Positions 46,490 to 56,083 of a DNA stretch of 64,000 bases are shown in pieces. The translations under genes were made by a program, and so were the position numbers. The notes beneath the pieces are model-generated. The model did no database searches and had not been told where the DNA came from. It saw nothing but the letters and a program-made list of their open reading frames with translations. Each line of letters starts with the position of its first letter. Positions within the stretch are counted from its first letter, which is position 1. Source of the stretch: a virus; the IMG/VR virus record IMGVR_UViG_3300021957_004671, positions 12,199 to 76,198 of that record. One strand, given 5' to 3'.

Positions 46490-46518
46490 TTGACTTATGT
46501 ACAAAATGAGGTTATAAT
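46490..46518 (+). promoter_or_regulatory. Sigma70-type promoter
   Basis: TTGACT-N17-TATAAT, ATG 6 nt downstream. Confidence 0.75.
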
Positions 46519-46524
46519 ACTTAA

Positions 46525-47076
46525 ATGAATATGAGCATAGAAGAGTACTTTAGTAAGCATTGGCAGCAGGACTGGAGCCAATTCGATCTAACTGGATATA
46601 ATATACTTTCTAAGTTGCCATGCAACGGTAAAGAAACTATAATAGATGTTGGTTGTGGATATAATCCACTTAAACAATGGTTCGAAGATAGGCTGGTAGG
46701 GATTGATCCTTATAACGATTCTGCTGATGTTAAGGTATCTATTGAAGATTTTGAAACAGATCAAAAATTCGATATCGCTCTAGCATTAGGTTCGATTAAT
46801 TTTGGATCTATGCAAGATATATTCTGGCAAACAGAGAAGATGTGCTCATTAATTAAAGAGGGCGGTAAAGTAATATGGAGGCAGAATCCAGGTATTCATG
46901 ATCACCCTAATGATTATTTTAAGGACATAGATCTCTTTAACTGGACGTTTAAGATAAATATAACGATAGCAGAAGCCCTAGATATGGAAGTTGTTGACCT
47001 CCGTTGGGATAATAATCGGATTTATTCTGAATGGAGAAAGCCTTATGTTGGAAATGTTACAGGAGTTAGCGACTGA
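46525..47076 (+). CDS. Class I SAM-dependent methyltransferase
   Basis: IIDVGCG, VGIDP, FDIALALGSINF. Confidence 0.85.
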   Translation: MNMSIEEYFSKHWQQDWSQFDLTGYNILSKLPCNGKETIIDVGCGYNPLKQWFEDRLVGIDPYNDSADVKVSIEDFETDQKFDIALALGSINFGSMQDIFWQTEKMCSLIKEGGKVIWRQNPGIHDHPNDYFKDIDLFNWTFKINITIAEALDMEVVDLRWDNNRIYSEWRKPYVGNVTGVSD

Positions 47077-47413
47077 ACGTATTTGGATATATACTAGTAT
47101 AGGAGGTTCCTTAGTTGGTGCTGGATTCTTATTCTGGTTTAAAGATACTAAGATGTCTACATGGGCAGTAAGTAAGTTTGATAGTACTCTTGAATTACTT
47201 GCTAAACGCTGGGGATGGACCTGGCTACAGAATGACCCTAATGCATGGCGTAAGAGATACCCTCGCATTACTCAAAAGATTGACGAGTTAGAATCTCGTT
47301 TAGAAAAGTTAGAAATGGATAGTCACCCATCCAGAGAATTAGAAGAATTCGATTGTTGGCCTGGCTTAGATGCCCGATTAAAAAAACTAGAGGGCAAGTT
47401 GAAGAAGAAGTAA
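47045..47413 (+). CDS. Membrane-anchored hypothetical protein
   Basis: GGAG SD; N-terminal TM; C-terminal coiled coil. Confidence 0.7.
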   Translation: MLEMLQELATERIWIYTSIGGSLVGAGFLFWFKDTKMSTWAVSKFDSTLELLAKRWGWTWLQNDPNAWRKRYPRITQKIDELESRLEKLEMDSHPSRELEEFDCWPGLDARLKKLEGKLKKK

Positions 47414-47436
47414 CCTATATAATCAAGGAGAAAGAT

Positions 47437-47601
47437 ATGATTAATTGGATTAAAGATCGCTGGTCAGAGAGAACATCTAAAGACGGCGCAGTATTAATTG
47501 GTGCAGGAGTTATTTTCTTGCTATTTAAACCGCTCGGTGTTATTGCTGCATGGGTAGCAATTGGTTACGGAGCCTGGACAATTTATAAAGAGGAAAGCTA
47601 A
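47437..47601 (+). CDS. Small two-TM protein (holin-like size)
   Basis: AAGGAG SD; MINWIKDRWSERTSKDGAVLI... Confidence 0.7.
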   Translation: MINWIKDRWSERTSKDGAVLIGAGVIFLLFKPLGVIAAWVAIGYGAWTIYKEES

Positions 47602-47945
47602 TGGCTGATAACGTTCAACTTGTTATTACCGTTGATGGTAATACTGACACGAACTGGACTACATCTGCAGATGCTATGACCGATATACTCGGATCGTATA
47701 CCACTGCAGGTGTAACCTCCATTCTTGAAACAGAATGCAGTGAAGGAAGAATGGTTCGTACAGAAACTCTTCTAGATAGTAATTCTATTGAGATGACATA
47801 TTCCTGGAATGATTCTAACAATGTAGCATCGTTCTTTGAATCTGCAGACTTCTCAGCTACTAAAACTGTTGTAAGTACTAACGTTTGGACCAGCAGTGGC
47901 AAGATTATCTATCTTAACGACACGGAACAAACATTTACTATTTAA
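47601..47945 (+). CDS. Hypothetical protein
   Basis: TAATG coupling, GAGG SD. Confidence 0.7.
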   Translation: MADNVQLVITVDGNTDTNWTTSADAMTDILGSYTTAGVTSILETECSEGRMVRTETLLDSNSIEMTYSWNDSNNVASFFESADFSATKTVVSTNVWTSSGKIIYLNDTEQTFTI

Positions 47946-47957
47946 TAAAGGTTTATT

Positions 47958-48221
47958 ATGATTATTGAAATTTACAGTAAGGATAACTGTCCTCATTGTG
48001 TGAAGGCTAAGTATGCTGCACAATCTTTCGTTCAAGAGACACACCATACAATTGTGGAATATAATATGTCTCAAGATGAACAGTATAGAGAAAAACTACT
48101 AACTGAAGTTCCACAGGCTAGATCAGTACCACAATGTTTTATTGATGGTAAGCATATTGGTGGTGCTGATGAGCTTATTGAATTTATTGAGCAAGCGAAT
48201 AAGAATATATTATTAGGTTAA
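47958..48221 (+). CDS. nrdC: Glutaredoxin
   Basis: CPHC, SVPQCF, IGG. Confidence 0.92.
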   Translation: MIIEIYSKDNCPHCVKAKYAAQSFVQETHHTIVEYNMSQDEQYREKLLTEVPQARSVPQCFIDGKHIGGADELIEFIEQANKNILLG

Positions 48222-48224
48222 ATT

Positions 48225-49250
48225 ATGGAATTTAAATTTGTAGAAGACGGTATTGAGAAGAACGAAGTCGACTCAAATGCTATGGGCGGTACTGAGCTAA
48301 TGAAGTTTGGTCTGCATGAAAGGCTAGACCCAACCTTACTAGATGACTTTCAGATTATCCCTTCAAGAGTACGAGAGCTAAAAGATGATAAGCTTAAAGT
48401 TCTATGGCTGCATGATCTGCCATGGGACCCTGAGTCACAGCATTTGCATGATGAAGGCTGGAAGAAGTTTGATAAGCTTGTATATGTTTCTGACTGGCAA
48501 AAAGAGCTATATCAGAACATGTTCTCAATTCCACCATCAAAAGGTGTTGTACTAAAGAATGCTATTGTACCACTAGAGGAACATGTTAAACCTGATCCTA
48601 GTGAAGAGATTCGAATTATCTATCATACAACACCTCATAGAGGTCTTGAGCTTCTAGTACCAGTGTTTGAATCCTTATGTACTGTATACGATAACATTCA
48701 TCTGGATGTATTCTCTTCATTCAATGCTTATGGATGGGGTGATAGAGATAAGCCTTATGAGCCGTTATTTGAACGTTGTCGTAATAACCCTAAGATTACC
48801 TATCACGGATTTCAACCTAACGATGTTGTTCGAGAGCATTTGAAGTCTGCTCATATCTTCGCATACCCATCCATATGGCTAGAAACGTCATGCATCGCTA
48901 TGATGGAAGCAATGAGTGCTGGATGTCTATGTGTACATCCTAACTTAGGTGCTCTACCAGAGACTACTGGTCAATGGACTTATATGTATAACTTTCATGA
49001 AGACGCTCAGCAACATGCTAATGCATTTGGATCTAATCTAACTGAGTGTATTGAGATATTCAAGAACGAAGAGAGACGTGAGCTAATTAAGAATAGACTG
49101 ACTATGCAAAAGCAATATGCTGATTCATTCTATGACTGGAATGTAAGAGCAATTCAGTGGAACCATTTTTTAGGAGCTATGAAAAATGCCCAAAGCCAAG
49201 CGCAAAATGACGGAAGCGCAGAGGAAGGCAGCAGTCGAGAGACTAGCTAA
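48225..49250 (+). CDS. GT-B glycosyltransferase (GT4-like)
   Basis: GGTE, WLHD, PHRGL, YPS..LETSCIAMMEAMSAG, GALPET. Confidence 0.88.
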   Translation: MEFKFVEDGIEKNEVDSNAMGGTELMKFGLHERLDPTLLDDFQIIPSRVRELKDDKLKVLWLHDLPWDPESQHLHDEGWKKFDKLVYVSDWQKELYQNMFSIPPSKGVVLKNAIVPLEEHVKPDPSEEIRIIYHTTPHRGLELLVPVFESLCTVYDNIHLDVFSSFNAYGWGDRDKPYEPLFERCRNNPKITYHGFQPNDVVREHLKSAHIFAYPSIWLETSCIAMMEAMSAGCLCVHPNLGALPETTGQWTYMYNFHEDAQQHANAFGSNLTECIEIFKNEERRELIKNRLTMQKQYADSFYDWNVRAIQWNHFLGAMKNAQSQAQNDGSAEEGSSRETS

Positions 49251-49728
49251 GGCTAGGGAAGCTCGCAAGAAGAAGCCTACTGAACTTAAGAACGTTCACC
49301 CTGATGTAGCCAAACTTCCCTCTGATCATTATCTAAGTTATGACAACTGTAAAAAGTATCTAAAGGCTTGTAAAGAGCAAATTAGTGCTGCAAGATCTGA
49401 TATGCGTCGTAATGTTAAAGGCGCAAGTGCTCAGTATCATATATGGAAAGGATATGAAGGTAATATTAATACCTATATCCGAAACGGTGATTGGCTAGAT
49501 GATTTCTACGGTGAAGATCATAATAAGAGAATACTATGGACTGTAACTCGTATGGCATATCACGATTCTGGTAAGCCTAAACGAATCATTGGCTATAAGT
49601 ATCCTGATGTCGGTGCAGTATGGACACAGGAAATGGAAGACGAAGAGATGCAAGCTTTTGGACTAGTCAAGAAGCAGGTTACTACAGTAAAGTCTAGAAA
49701 ACGTAAACGTATTGCAAAAGCTAAATAG
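49186..49728 (+). CDS. Conserved basic hypothetical protein
   Basis: QRKAAVERLAKARE...YIRNGDWLDDFYG. Confidence 0.75.
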   Translation: MPKAKRKMTEAQRKAAVERLAKAREARKKKPTELKNVHPDVAKLPSDHYLSYDNCKKYLKACKEQISAARSDMRRNVKGASAQYHIWKGYEGNINTYIRNGDWLDDFYGEDHNKRILWTVTRMAYHDSGKPKRIIGYKYPDVGAVWTQEMEDEEMQAFGLVKKQVTTVKSRKRKRIAKAK

Positions 49729-49732
49729 TTGT

Positions 49733-50071
49733 ATGACAGACAATGTTATACCATTCCCTAAAAAAATGTTCACGCAAGAAGAGCGCAAAGAAATGCAGCG
49801 AGAGTTGCTTATCGATATCGCGCTTGATATGTCCATTAGTGTATTCAATAAGCTTGATATATTTATAGACTGTATAGACATTCCTGAGGATGAGGTCAGT
49901 ATGGCCTTCTCACCAGAGAATAAAAGAGATATGATTTTAATTCACGAAGCAATTAAGTCATGCTTATATAGACTACATAATAAGGATCATGCACTTCATC
50001 ATATATCAGATAACTATGTGCCTGATATCCCAGAGCTTAAGTTTGAGATAATGGATGATATTGAAGAATAG
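49733..50071 (+). CDS. Hypothetical protein
   Basis: MTDNVIPFP; CTAAATA 49721-27 lies 5 nt upstream. Confidence 0.75.
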   Translation: MTDNVIPFPKKMFTQEERKEMQRELLIDIALDMSISVFNKLDIFIDCIDIPEDEVSMAFSPENKRDMILIHEAIKSCLYRLHNKDHALHHISDNYVPDIPELKFEIMDDIEE

Positions 50072-50077
50072 GGTTAT

Positions 50078-50109
50078 GGCCTTTTCCTTTAAATAAAAAG
50101 GCCCTCTTT
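50078..50109 (+). terminator. Possible intrinsic terminator
   Basis: GGCCTTTT/AAAAGGCC stem followed by CTCTTT. Confidence 0.4.
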
Positions 50110-50111
50110 AG

Positions 50112-50140
50112 TTGCCTATTACCTCTAGATATCATATAAT
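50112..50140 (+). promoter_or_regulatory. Sigma70-type promoter for rnh
   Basis: TTGCCT-N17-TATAAT. Confidence 0.72.
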
Positions 50141-50165
50141 GATAATCTAAATAGAGGACTAACTT

Positions 50166-51053
50166 ATGATTATTATTGACCTAAACCAAGTGATGATTGC
50201 GAATATGATGGCTCAACTGGGCAACCATACTAACGCATCAATTAATGAAGACCTACTAAGACATATGGTTCTTAATTCGATCAGGAATTATAGAAACAAG
50301 TTTGTAGAAGAATATGGCGAGATTGTTATTGCCTGCGACGGTAAGAATACATGGCGTCGAGGCTTCTTCCCATATTATAAAGCACACCGTCGCAAGTTCC
50401 GCGAAGAGTCAGAGATGGATTGGAATCTAATATTTCAATCACTCAATAACATTCGCGAAGAATTACGTGACAACTTCCCATACAAGTATATCCATGTTGA
50501 AGGCGCTGAGGCAGATGATGTCATCGGTACTATTTGTCATACGCATGGTACGCAGCTAGGTAAGAATGACCCTATTCTGATTCTATCAGGCGATAAAGAC
50601 TTTATTCAGCTGCAAGTATATTCGAATGTTGAGCAGTTTGATCCTATCCGTAAGCGATGGCTCAAGCATAACAATCCTGCTAATTATCTATTAGAGCATA
50701 TTATTAAAGGTGATCGAGGTGATGGTGTACCTAATATGTTATCTAAAGATGATTGTCTAATTAATAGCAGGCAGAAACCATGTCGACAGAAGTTTATTGA
50801 TGCTCTAACTAAGCAATTCAGTAACGTGCATGACTATTCTGATCTGAGTAATATTGACTTTACTAATGATGAGTATGCACGTAACTTTAATCGTAACATG
50901 CATTTAGTTGACCTCAGAATGACACCTGATGACATCAAGCTAAATATATTAGAACAATTTGCCCAAGAAGCAATAGGTAAACGTTCGAACTTATTTAATT
51001 ATTTTATTGAAAAGCGGCTTAAAGGCCTTGTAGAAAGTATTGGAGATTTTTAA
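50166..51053 (+). CDS. rnh: T4-type RNase H / 5'-3' exonuclease
   Basis: IIIDLNQ, WRR..FPYYK, EADD, SGDKDF.QL, GDRGDG. Confidence 0.95.
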   Translation: MIIIDLNQVMIANMMAQLGNHTNASINEDLLRHMVLNSIRNYRNKFVEEYGEIVIACDGKNTWRRGFFPYYKAHRRKFREESEMDWNLIFQSLNNIREELRDNFPYKYIHVEGAEADDVIGTICHTHGTQLGKNDPILILSGDKDFIQLQVYSNVEQFDPIRKRWLKHNNPANYLLEHIIKGDRGDGVPNMLSKDDCLINSRQKPCRQKFIDALTKQFSNVHDYSDLSNIDFTNDEYARNFNRNMHLVDLRMTPDDIKLNILEQFAQEAIGKRSNLFNYFIEKRLKGLVESIGDF

Positions 51054-51589
51054 TGGCTACACCTGGTGTATATGAAGTGTTTGGCGAACTGGCTAAACTA
51101 GAGAGTGAGAGTGAGAAAGTAACTTTCCTTAAGAAGTGGGGAGATAACTTTGCAATCAAATCTATCTTGCAAGGATGCTATAACCCTAATGTAAAGTTCT
51201 TGTTACCTGCAGGGAGTCCTCCTTATCAAGAGAATGACCCTACGATGGTAGAGACTCGTCTTTATGGTATGGCTAAACGATTTAATATGTTTGTTGAAGG
51301 CGGTCGTAATATTGCGTCTCAGACTAAACGTGAGATGCTATTCATTGAGCTTCTAGAATCTATTCATCCAGAAGACGCTAAGATTGTATTGAATATGGTA
51401 GCGAAGACTGATCCGGTTGAAGGTATGACTCAGAATGTTGCTCATTTAGCATTCCCTGATCTAATCCCTGAACCTGCTGTTGTAGTAGAAGAGGTTGTGG
51501 AAGCTGAAGTAGTAGAAGCTAAACCTAAACCTAAAGCGAAGCGTAAGCCTCGTGCAAAAAAGGCAGCAGCTAAAAAAGCTAGCAAGTGA
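51053..51589 (+). CDS. Conserved T4-like hypothetical protein
   Basis: FLLPAGSPPY, KREMLFIELLESIHPEDA; K/A-rich tail. Confidence 0.8.
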   Translation: MATPGVYEVFGELAKLESESEKVTFLKKWGDNFAIKSILQGCYNPNVKFLLPAGSPPYQENDPTMVETRLYGMAKRFNMFVEGGRNIASQTKREMLFIELLESIHPEDAKIVLNMVAKTDPVEGMTQNVAHLAFPDLIPEPAVVVEEVVEAEVVEAKPKPKAKRKPRAKKAAAKKASK

Positions 51590-52383
51590 CATCAGACTAC
51601 TTCAAGGATTATACTGGAAACCCTGATCATGGTAAGAAGCCGGACGTATTTGATCCGGTGCATAATACCAGGATAAGGATTAACTATACTTACTATAATA
51701 GTCCAGAAGTATTCCAAGAGATTATAGACTGGTATAATGAAGCTGATCCATATCATAGCTTTGATTATACAGTCATAGATGATGGCTCTCAATCCAAACC
51801 TATCACAGATATGAATGTACCGTCACGATGGCGGATACTAAGAATAGAAGATGATCTAGGATGGAATAATGAAGGTGCTCGTAACTGCTTGATGAGAGAT
51901 ACATCTAATCAATGGAATCTATTGTTAGACTCTGATTGGATTATTACATCACAATGTTTAAATGCGATTCGATTTCAGATAGCTAGAGGCCTCAATCATA
52001 GGGCAGTATACCTTCCTGGTAACTTTGGTAGTAATACCATACGCAACTCATTCCTAGTAACTAAAGATACATTCTGGAATTTAGGTGGATATGACCAGGC
52101 ATTTATTGGTTATCATGGAGTAGATTATTCCTTCTTAAAGCTTAAAAATACGTATGATCGATCTGACTTCTTTAGGTTTGAGAGAATAGTAGATGATGTA
52201 GTATCACCTGAAGATAAGAATAGGTTTGAGCAGGTTAAGCGCTTTCATGCTAGAATGATAGAGTTAGAAGATCAAGGATGGGGCAAGCGCAACCCAGAAG
52301 ACAAGCAAGACTTTGTATGGAACAGCAAAGAAGATCAAATGATATTCTGGCAAGATATTGAATTTAAGGTGATTAATGATTAA
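51586..52383 (+). CDS. GT-A glycosyltransferase (GT2/GT7-like)
   Basis: IDDGS, WNNEGARN, LDSD, GGYD..F.GY...D. Confidence 0.85.
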   Translation: MTSDYFKDYTGNPDHGKKPDVFDPVHNTRIRINYTYYNSPEVFQEIIDWYNEADPYHSFDYTVIDDGSQSKPITDMNVPSRWRILRIEDDLGWNNEGARNCLMRDTSNQWNLLLDSDWIITSQCLNAIRFQIARGLNHRAVYLPGNFGSNTIRNSFLVTKDTFWNLGGYDQAFIGYHGVDYSFLKLKNTYDRSDFFRFERIVDDVVSPEDKNRFEQVKRFHARMIELEDQGWGKRNPEDKQDFVWNSKEDQMIFWQDIEFKVIND

Positions 52384-53113
52384 TGTATTGATAGTTGGTT
52401 ACGGATTTGTAGGGAAGGCGACTAAGTTATTCCTTACTGCTAATGGTGTAGATCCTAACGTTATTCAAATCTATGACCCTGCAATCGGTCATCATCAGAT
52501 TGTACATCCCATCAGCCATTCATTCTTATGTGTCCCAACACCTCAAGGTGCAGACGGACGCTTTGACTTAACTAGTCTAGAAGAAGCATATAGAATGGTA
52601 AGCCTATTCTCTGATAATATTATTATTAGAAGTACAATTGGGCCTGATCAAGTTGATCTGTTCCCTAAAGCAGATCTACTACCTGAGTTTTTACGTGAGA
52701 GACACTGGGAGAAGGATGCTGTATCATATGATATGCCATGCGTATGGGGAACTAATAAGCCTGACGCTGATCTACAGAATATTATTACAGGTACAAAACG
52801 TTTAGTTATAACTGATAGAAAAAGTGCTATGATGTTTAAGCTGGCTAGAAATTCAATGCTGGCAGCAAGAGTATCATTAGCCAATGAATTGTTTCTTATG
52901 TGTCAACAGCATAACATTGACTATGAGACAGTTAAGTTACTATTAGCCACAGATAGAGATATCGGTGGATCTCACTATAATGTACCAGGACATGACGGGA
53001 AGTTTGGATTTGGTGGTAAATGTCTACCAAAGGATCTTTCTCACCTTTCTTCACTATTAGATGTTGCCTTAAACTTCAAAAGCATTTATATTAATAATAT
53101 AAACAAAAGATAG
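52376..53113 (+). CDS. UDP-glucose 6-dehydrogenase-like (short form)
   Basis: GYGFVG, CVPTP, IRST, PEFLRE, GFGGKCLPKD. Confidence 0.88.
   Translation: MINVLIVGYGFVGKATKLFLTANGVDPNVIQIYDPAIGHHQIVHPISHSFLCVPTPQGADGRFDLTSLEEAYRMVSLFSDNIIIRSTIGPDQVDLFPKADLLPEFLRERHWEKDAVSYDMPCVWGTNKPDADLQNIITGTKRLVITDRKSAMMFKLARNSMLAARVSLANELFLMCQQHNIDYETVKLLLATDRDIGGSHYNVPGHDGKFGFGGKCLPKDLSHLSSLLDVALNFKSIYINNINKR
53064..53092 (+). promoter_or_regulatory. Early-type promoter (GTTGCCTTAAA family)
   Basis: TTGCCT-N17-TATATT inside the end of the upstream gene. Confidence 0.55.
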
Positions 53114-53122
53114 GTATTAATT

Positions 53123-53731
53123 ATGAAGAAAATTTTAAGTGATTGTGACGGCGTTTTACTCGATTGGAACTACTCATTCGAGAAATGGATGAAGTTTCAC
53201 TTTGATCTAGAAGTACTAAATAGGTCAGTATACGATATTAACAAGCGATTTAATCTAGATGAGTTTGATAAACCAATGCTAGAAAAGGATAGTAAGTTCT
53301 ATCTACCTAGAATCTTCTGTAATAGTAGTAGACAAGCATCTCTTAAGCCTATGGGTGATGCAGTGTTATATGTTAGAAAGCTATATGAAGAGTTCGGTAT
53401 TACTATCGATGTTATTACATCTCTCTCATTAGACCCTGAGACTCAGAAGCTACGTGAGTATAACTTACGTAAAGTCTTTGGTAGATCTATTGATAGAGTT
53501 ATCTGCTTAGATACTGGTGCAGATAAAGATGAAGCCCTGGAGGAGTGGAGAGATTCTGATCTCATCTGGGTTGAAGATAAGATGGAGAATGCGGATCTAG
53601 GGGTCGAAATGGGCTTAGATAGTATTCTAATCGAACAAGAGTATAATACACAGTATAATGGCCTAGCCAAGAGAGCACGTAGTTGGAAAGATATTTACGA
53701 TTATGTGTGCGGAGAAAACCTTTTAAGCTAA
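53123..53731 (+). CDS. HAD-family nucleotidase (T4 gp30.2-like)
   Basis: DCDGVLLDW, ITS, WVEDK. Confidence 0.85.
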   Translation: MKKILSDCDGVLLDWNYSFEKWMKFHFDLEVLNRSVYDINKRFNLDEFDKPMLEKDSKFYLPRIFCNSSRQASLKPMGDAVLYVRKLYEEFGITIDVITSLSLDPETQKLREYNLRKVFGRSIDRVICLDTGADKDEALEEWRDSDLIWVEDKMENADLGVEMGLDSILIEQEYNTQYNGLAKRARSWKDIYDYVCGENLLS

Positions 53732-53739
53732 ATAATAAT

Positions 53740-53816
53740 GTGGTTACGAAAGCACAATATAGTCTCAGGACTTCGAAACGACTCAAGTCTAAAACCTTTC
53801 TCAGTGCTGTAACCGC
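53740..53816 (+). ncRNA. Predicted structured RNA (leader or sRNA) after late promoter CTAAATA 53728-34
   Basis: GUGGUUAC/GUAACCGC and AGCAC/GUGCU stems enclosing two UCAR-loop mini-hairpins. Confidence 0.55.
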
Positions 53817-53835
53817 CTTATTAAGTAGGAGCAGA

Positions 53836-54189
53836 ATGCCAACTTATTCATTTAAAAACACAGAAACTGGTGAAGAGTTCGATGAGATGATGAAAATCTC
53901 AGAGTACGATCAGTATCTAATCGATAACCCTCAAATTGTCCGAACGTTCGGCCCTAATAGTTTTCCAGCCATATCTGGAGACTCAGTCGGCCTAGGCTTC
54001 CGAAAAACCGATGGTGGATTCAACGACCTCATGAACCGAATTGGCAATGCCAATAAAGGATCTCATGTGGCTGAAAAGTATGGTTCAACTAGGAACAGTA
54101 CTCAAGTTAAAGTAGATAATGTTGTTAATAAGCATAAGGTTATACAAGGTCTACAGAAAGCGTCTAAAGCGCTGAGGAGCAAGGATTAA
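53836..54189 (+). CDS. FmdB-like small protein
   Basis: AGGAG SD; MPTYSFKNTETGEEFDEMMKISE; usual position before phoH. Confidence 0.75.
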   Translation: MPTYSFKNTETGEEFDEMMKISEYDQYLIDNPQIVRTFGPNSFPAISGDSVGLGFRKTDGGFNDLMNRIGNANKGSHVAEKYGSTRNSTQVKVDNVVNKHKVIQGLQKASKALRSKD

Positions 54190-54212
54190 TTTGGCAACAA
54201 CAAAGGTAATCT

Positions 54213-55079
54213 ATGCCAAGAAAAATGACTCGCAAAAAACAGAGACGACTCGAAATGCAAGGCGTCTTAACGACCGAGACTCATCAATTGTCTAAGAAGT
54301 TTTTCCCAAGGAGAATAGAACCAAAGACATTTAATCAAAAGAGAGTGTTTAACGACTATGAGAAAGGCAAACATCTCTTTTTATATGGATATGCAGGAAC
54401 AGGAAAAACATTCCTACCATGCTATCACGCAATTCAAGACGTACTTGATGGCTATTATGAAAAGCTAATTATTGTACGTTCAGTAGTGCCTACCAGAGAT
54501 ATGGGATTCCTACCTGGTAAGCAAGAAGATAAGATGGCAGTATATGAAGCACCTTACAAACAAATATTCGGTAACCTCTTTAATAGAGGCGACGCGTATG
54601 AAATACTTAAGAATAAAGATCATGTTGAGTTTATGCCCACCAGCTTTATTCGAGGCATCACACTTGACGATGCTATTGTTCTTATTGACGAATGTCAAAA
54701 TATGAACGACCATGAGATTAACTCAGTTATTACTCGTCTAGGCGATAATAGTAAGTTAATCATTTGTGGTGATATTAGACAGACAGATCTAATAAAAGAA
54801 GACTCTGGCTTTAAACAATCACTAAAGATTTTTAAAAGCATGGATTCTCTGTCAATGGTCGAATTTGGAATCAACGATATTGTGCGTTCCGGATTCGTAA
54901 AAGATTATATTATAGCACGTGAAGAAGTTAAAGATGAAAACATTCAAAAAAGATCTAATTACATTTCCAAAACTCAAAAGGACGACAGTCAACGGCGTAC
55001 GTCATTACCTGAAGGAAGGGGTGGAAGACTCACCAGTATATCCATCAGTGACAACGGTATTGTCGAAGAAGTCTGCTGA
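54213..55079 (+). CDS. phoH: PhoH-like ATPase
   Basis: GYAGTGKTF, RDMGFLPG, SFIRGITL, DECQN, TRLG, GDIRQ, IVRS. Confidence 0.95.
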   Translation: MPRKMTRKKQRRLEMQGVLTTETHQLSKKFFPRRIEPKTFNQKRVFNDYEKGKHLFLYGYAGTGKTFLPCYHAIQDVLDGYYEKLIIVRSVVPTRDMGFLPGKQEDKMAVYEAPYKQIFGNLFNRGDAYEILKNKDHVEFMPTSFIRGITLDDAIVLIDECQNMNDHEINSVITRLGDNSKLIICGDIRQTDLIKEDSGFKQSLKIFKSMDSLSMVEFGINDIVRSGFVKDYIIAREEVKDENIQKRSNYISKTQKDDSQRRTSLPEGRGGRLTSISISDNGIVEEVC

Positions 55080-55605
55080 AGGTATTAAAGCCTGGCGCAA
55101 GCGAGTAGGAGAAGCAAAAGCACAAGCTATCACGACTAAGGCAGCTCGCCGAGGAACTAAGGCTCATCTATTGATTGAGGATTACATACTCGGCGAGGAT
55201 ACTCATGATGATGATCGTATCATGCCTGAAGATCGTGAACTAGCTAATAAGCTTAAAGTTGCTGCTAATAAATCTATTGATAACATAAGAGTAGTGGAAG
55301 GTCAGATGATGTCTGACTTTCTGCGTGTGGCTGGTACCGTCGATTGTATTGCAGAATACAATGGGCGGCTAGCTGTAATTGATTGGAAAACATCAGCAAG
55401 AGAGAAGAAGAAAGAATGGGTTGACGGATACTTCATGCAAGCAGCTGCTTATGCTGTTATGTTTGAAGAGAACACTGGTATACCTATTGATACTCTGGTT
55501 GTTGTTATAGCACATGATGAGAGCTATGAGCCTCAGATATTTGTAGAGAAAAGGGATGACTGGATTCATGAGTTCATCAAATACAGAGAACAATACACCG
55601 CATAA
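54934..55605 (+). CDS. PD-(D/E)XK exonuclease (Cas4-like phage exonuclease)
   Basis: YPSVTTVL, RGTKAH, AGTVDC, IDWKTS, Q..AY. Confidence 0.88.
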   Translation: MKTFKKDLITFPKLKRTTVNGVRHYLKEGVEDSPVYPSVTTVLSKKSAEGIKAWRKRVGEAKAQAITTKAARRGTKAHLLIEDYILGEDTHDDDRIMPEDRELANKLKVAANKSIDNIRVVEGQMMSDFLRVAGTVDCIAEYNGRLAVIDWKTSAREKKKEWVDGYFMQAAAYAVMFEENTGIPIDTLVVVIAHDESYEPQIFVEKRDDWIHEFIKYREQYTA

Positions 55606-55822
55606 GAAGACTAAAAGAGTAGTTGATGAGATGATAGAAAATCTCTCTACTGATATGGTGGTAATGAACGTGAGTCTTAAGAGATTCAAAGAAGATATCG
55701 TTGAATTACATGTAGTAGATGAGTTAGGTACAGTGTACACTAATATAAACGTAGCAGACCTACTGTCTATGTACGATCCTCTAATGAAAACAATGAAAAT
55801 AATTGTTAAATCAGAAAAATAA
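55556..55822 (+). CDS. Hypothetical protein
   Basis: ORF fills gap. Confidence 0.55.
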   Translation: MTGFMSSSNTENNTPHKKTKRVVDEMIENLSTDMVVMNVSLKRFKEDIVELHVVDELGTVYTNINVADLLSMYDPLMKTMKIIVKSEK

Positions 55823-55825
55823 TAG

Positions 55826-55854
55826 TTGCCTTAAAACACGTTTGACCTTATTAT
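55826..55854 (+). promoter_or_regulatory. Early-type promoter (GTTGCCTTAAAA family)
   Basis: TTGCCT-N17-TATTAT. Confidence 0.75.
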
Positions 55855-55882
55855 ATAGTATAAATTAAATAAAGGTGAAAAT

Positions 55883-56083
55883 ATGATTAGGTTTTTTATG
55901 GGTTTTATTCTTACGGCTGGTTCTGTCGGCCGTGAAGATTTCTATGTTCAATGTCTACAAGCTAGTGATTGTATAGCTGGTAGTCCTCCTAACTTATTCG
56001 TTACATTACTTCTAGCATCCCTTGGGCTATCAATTATGATATGGCCTTTTGTTGACGGTACTATGAGCCAGTATGAAGACTAA
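55883..56083 (+). CDS. Small membrane protein
   Basis: AAGGTG SD; two hydrophobic segments. Confidence 0.7.
   Translation: MIRFFMGFILTAGSVGREDFYVQCLQASDCIAGSPPNLFVTLLLASLGLSIMIWPFVDGTMSQYED

Noticed and set aside
53762-53790. Hammerhead-like CUCAGGA...GAAAC
   Set aside because: The core needs CUGANGA and a proper stem II; G5 is replaced and the stems do not fit
54934-55605. Cas4 as evidence of CRISPR-Cas
   Set aside because: Solo phage exonuclease next to phoH, with no cas1/2 or array
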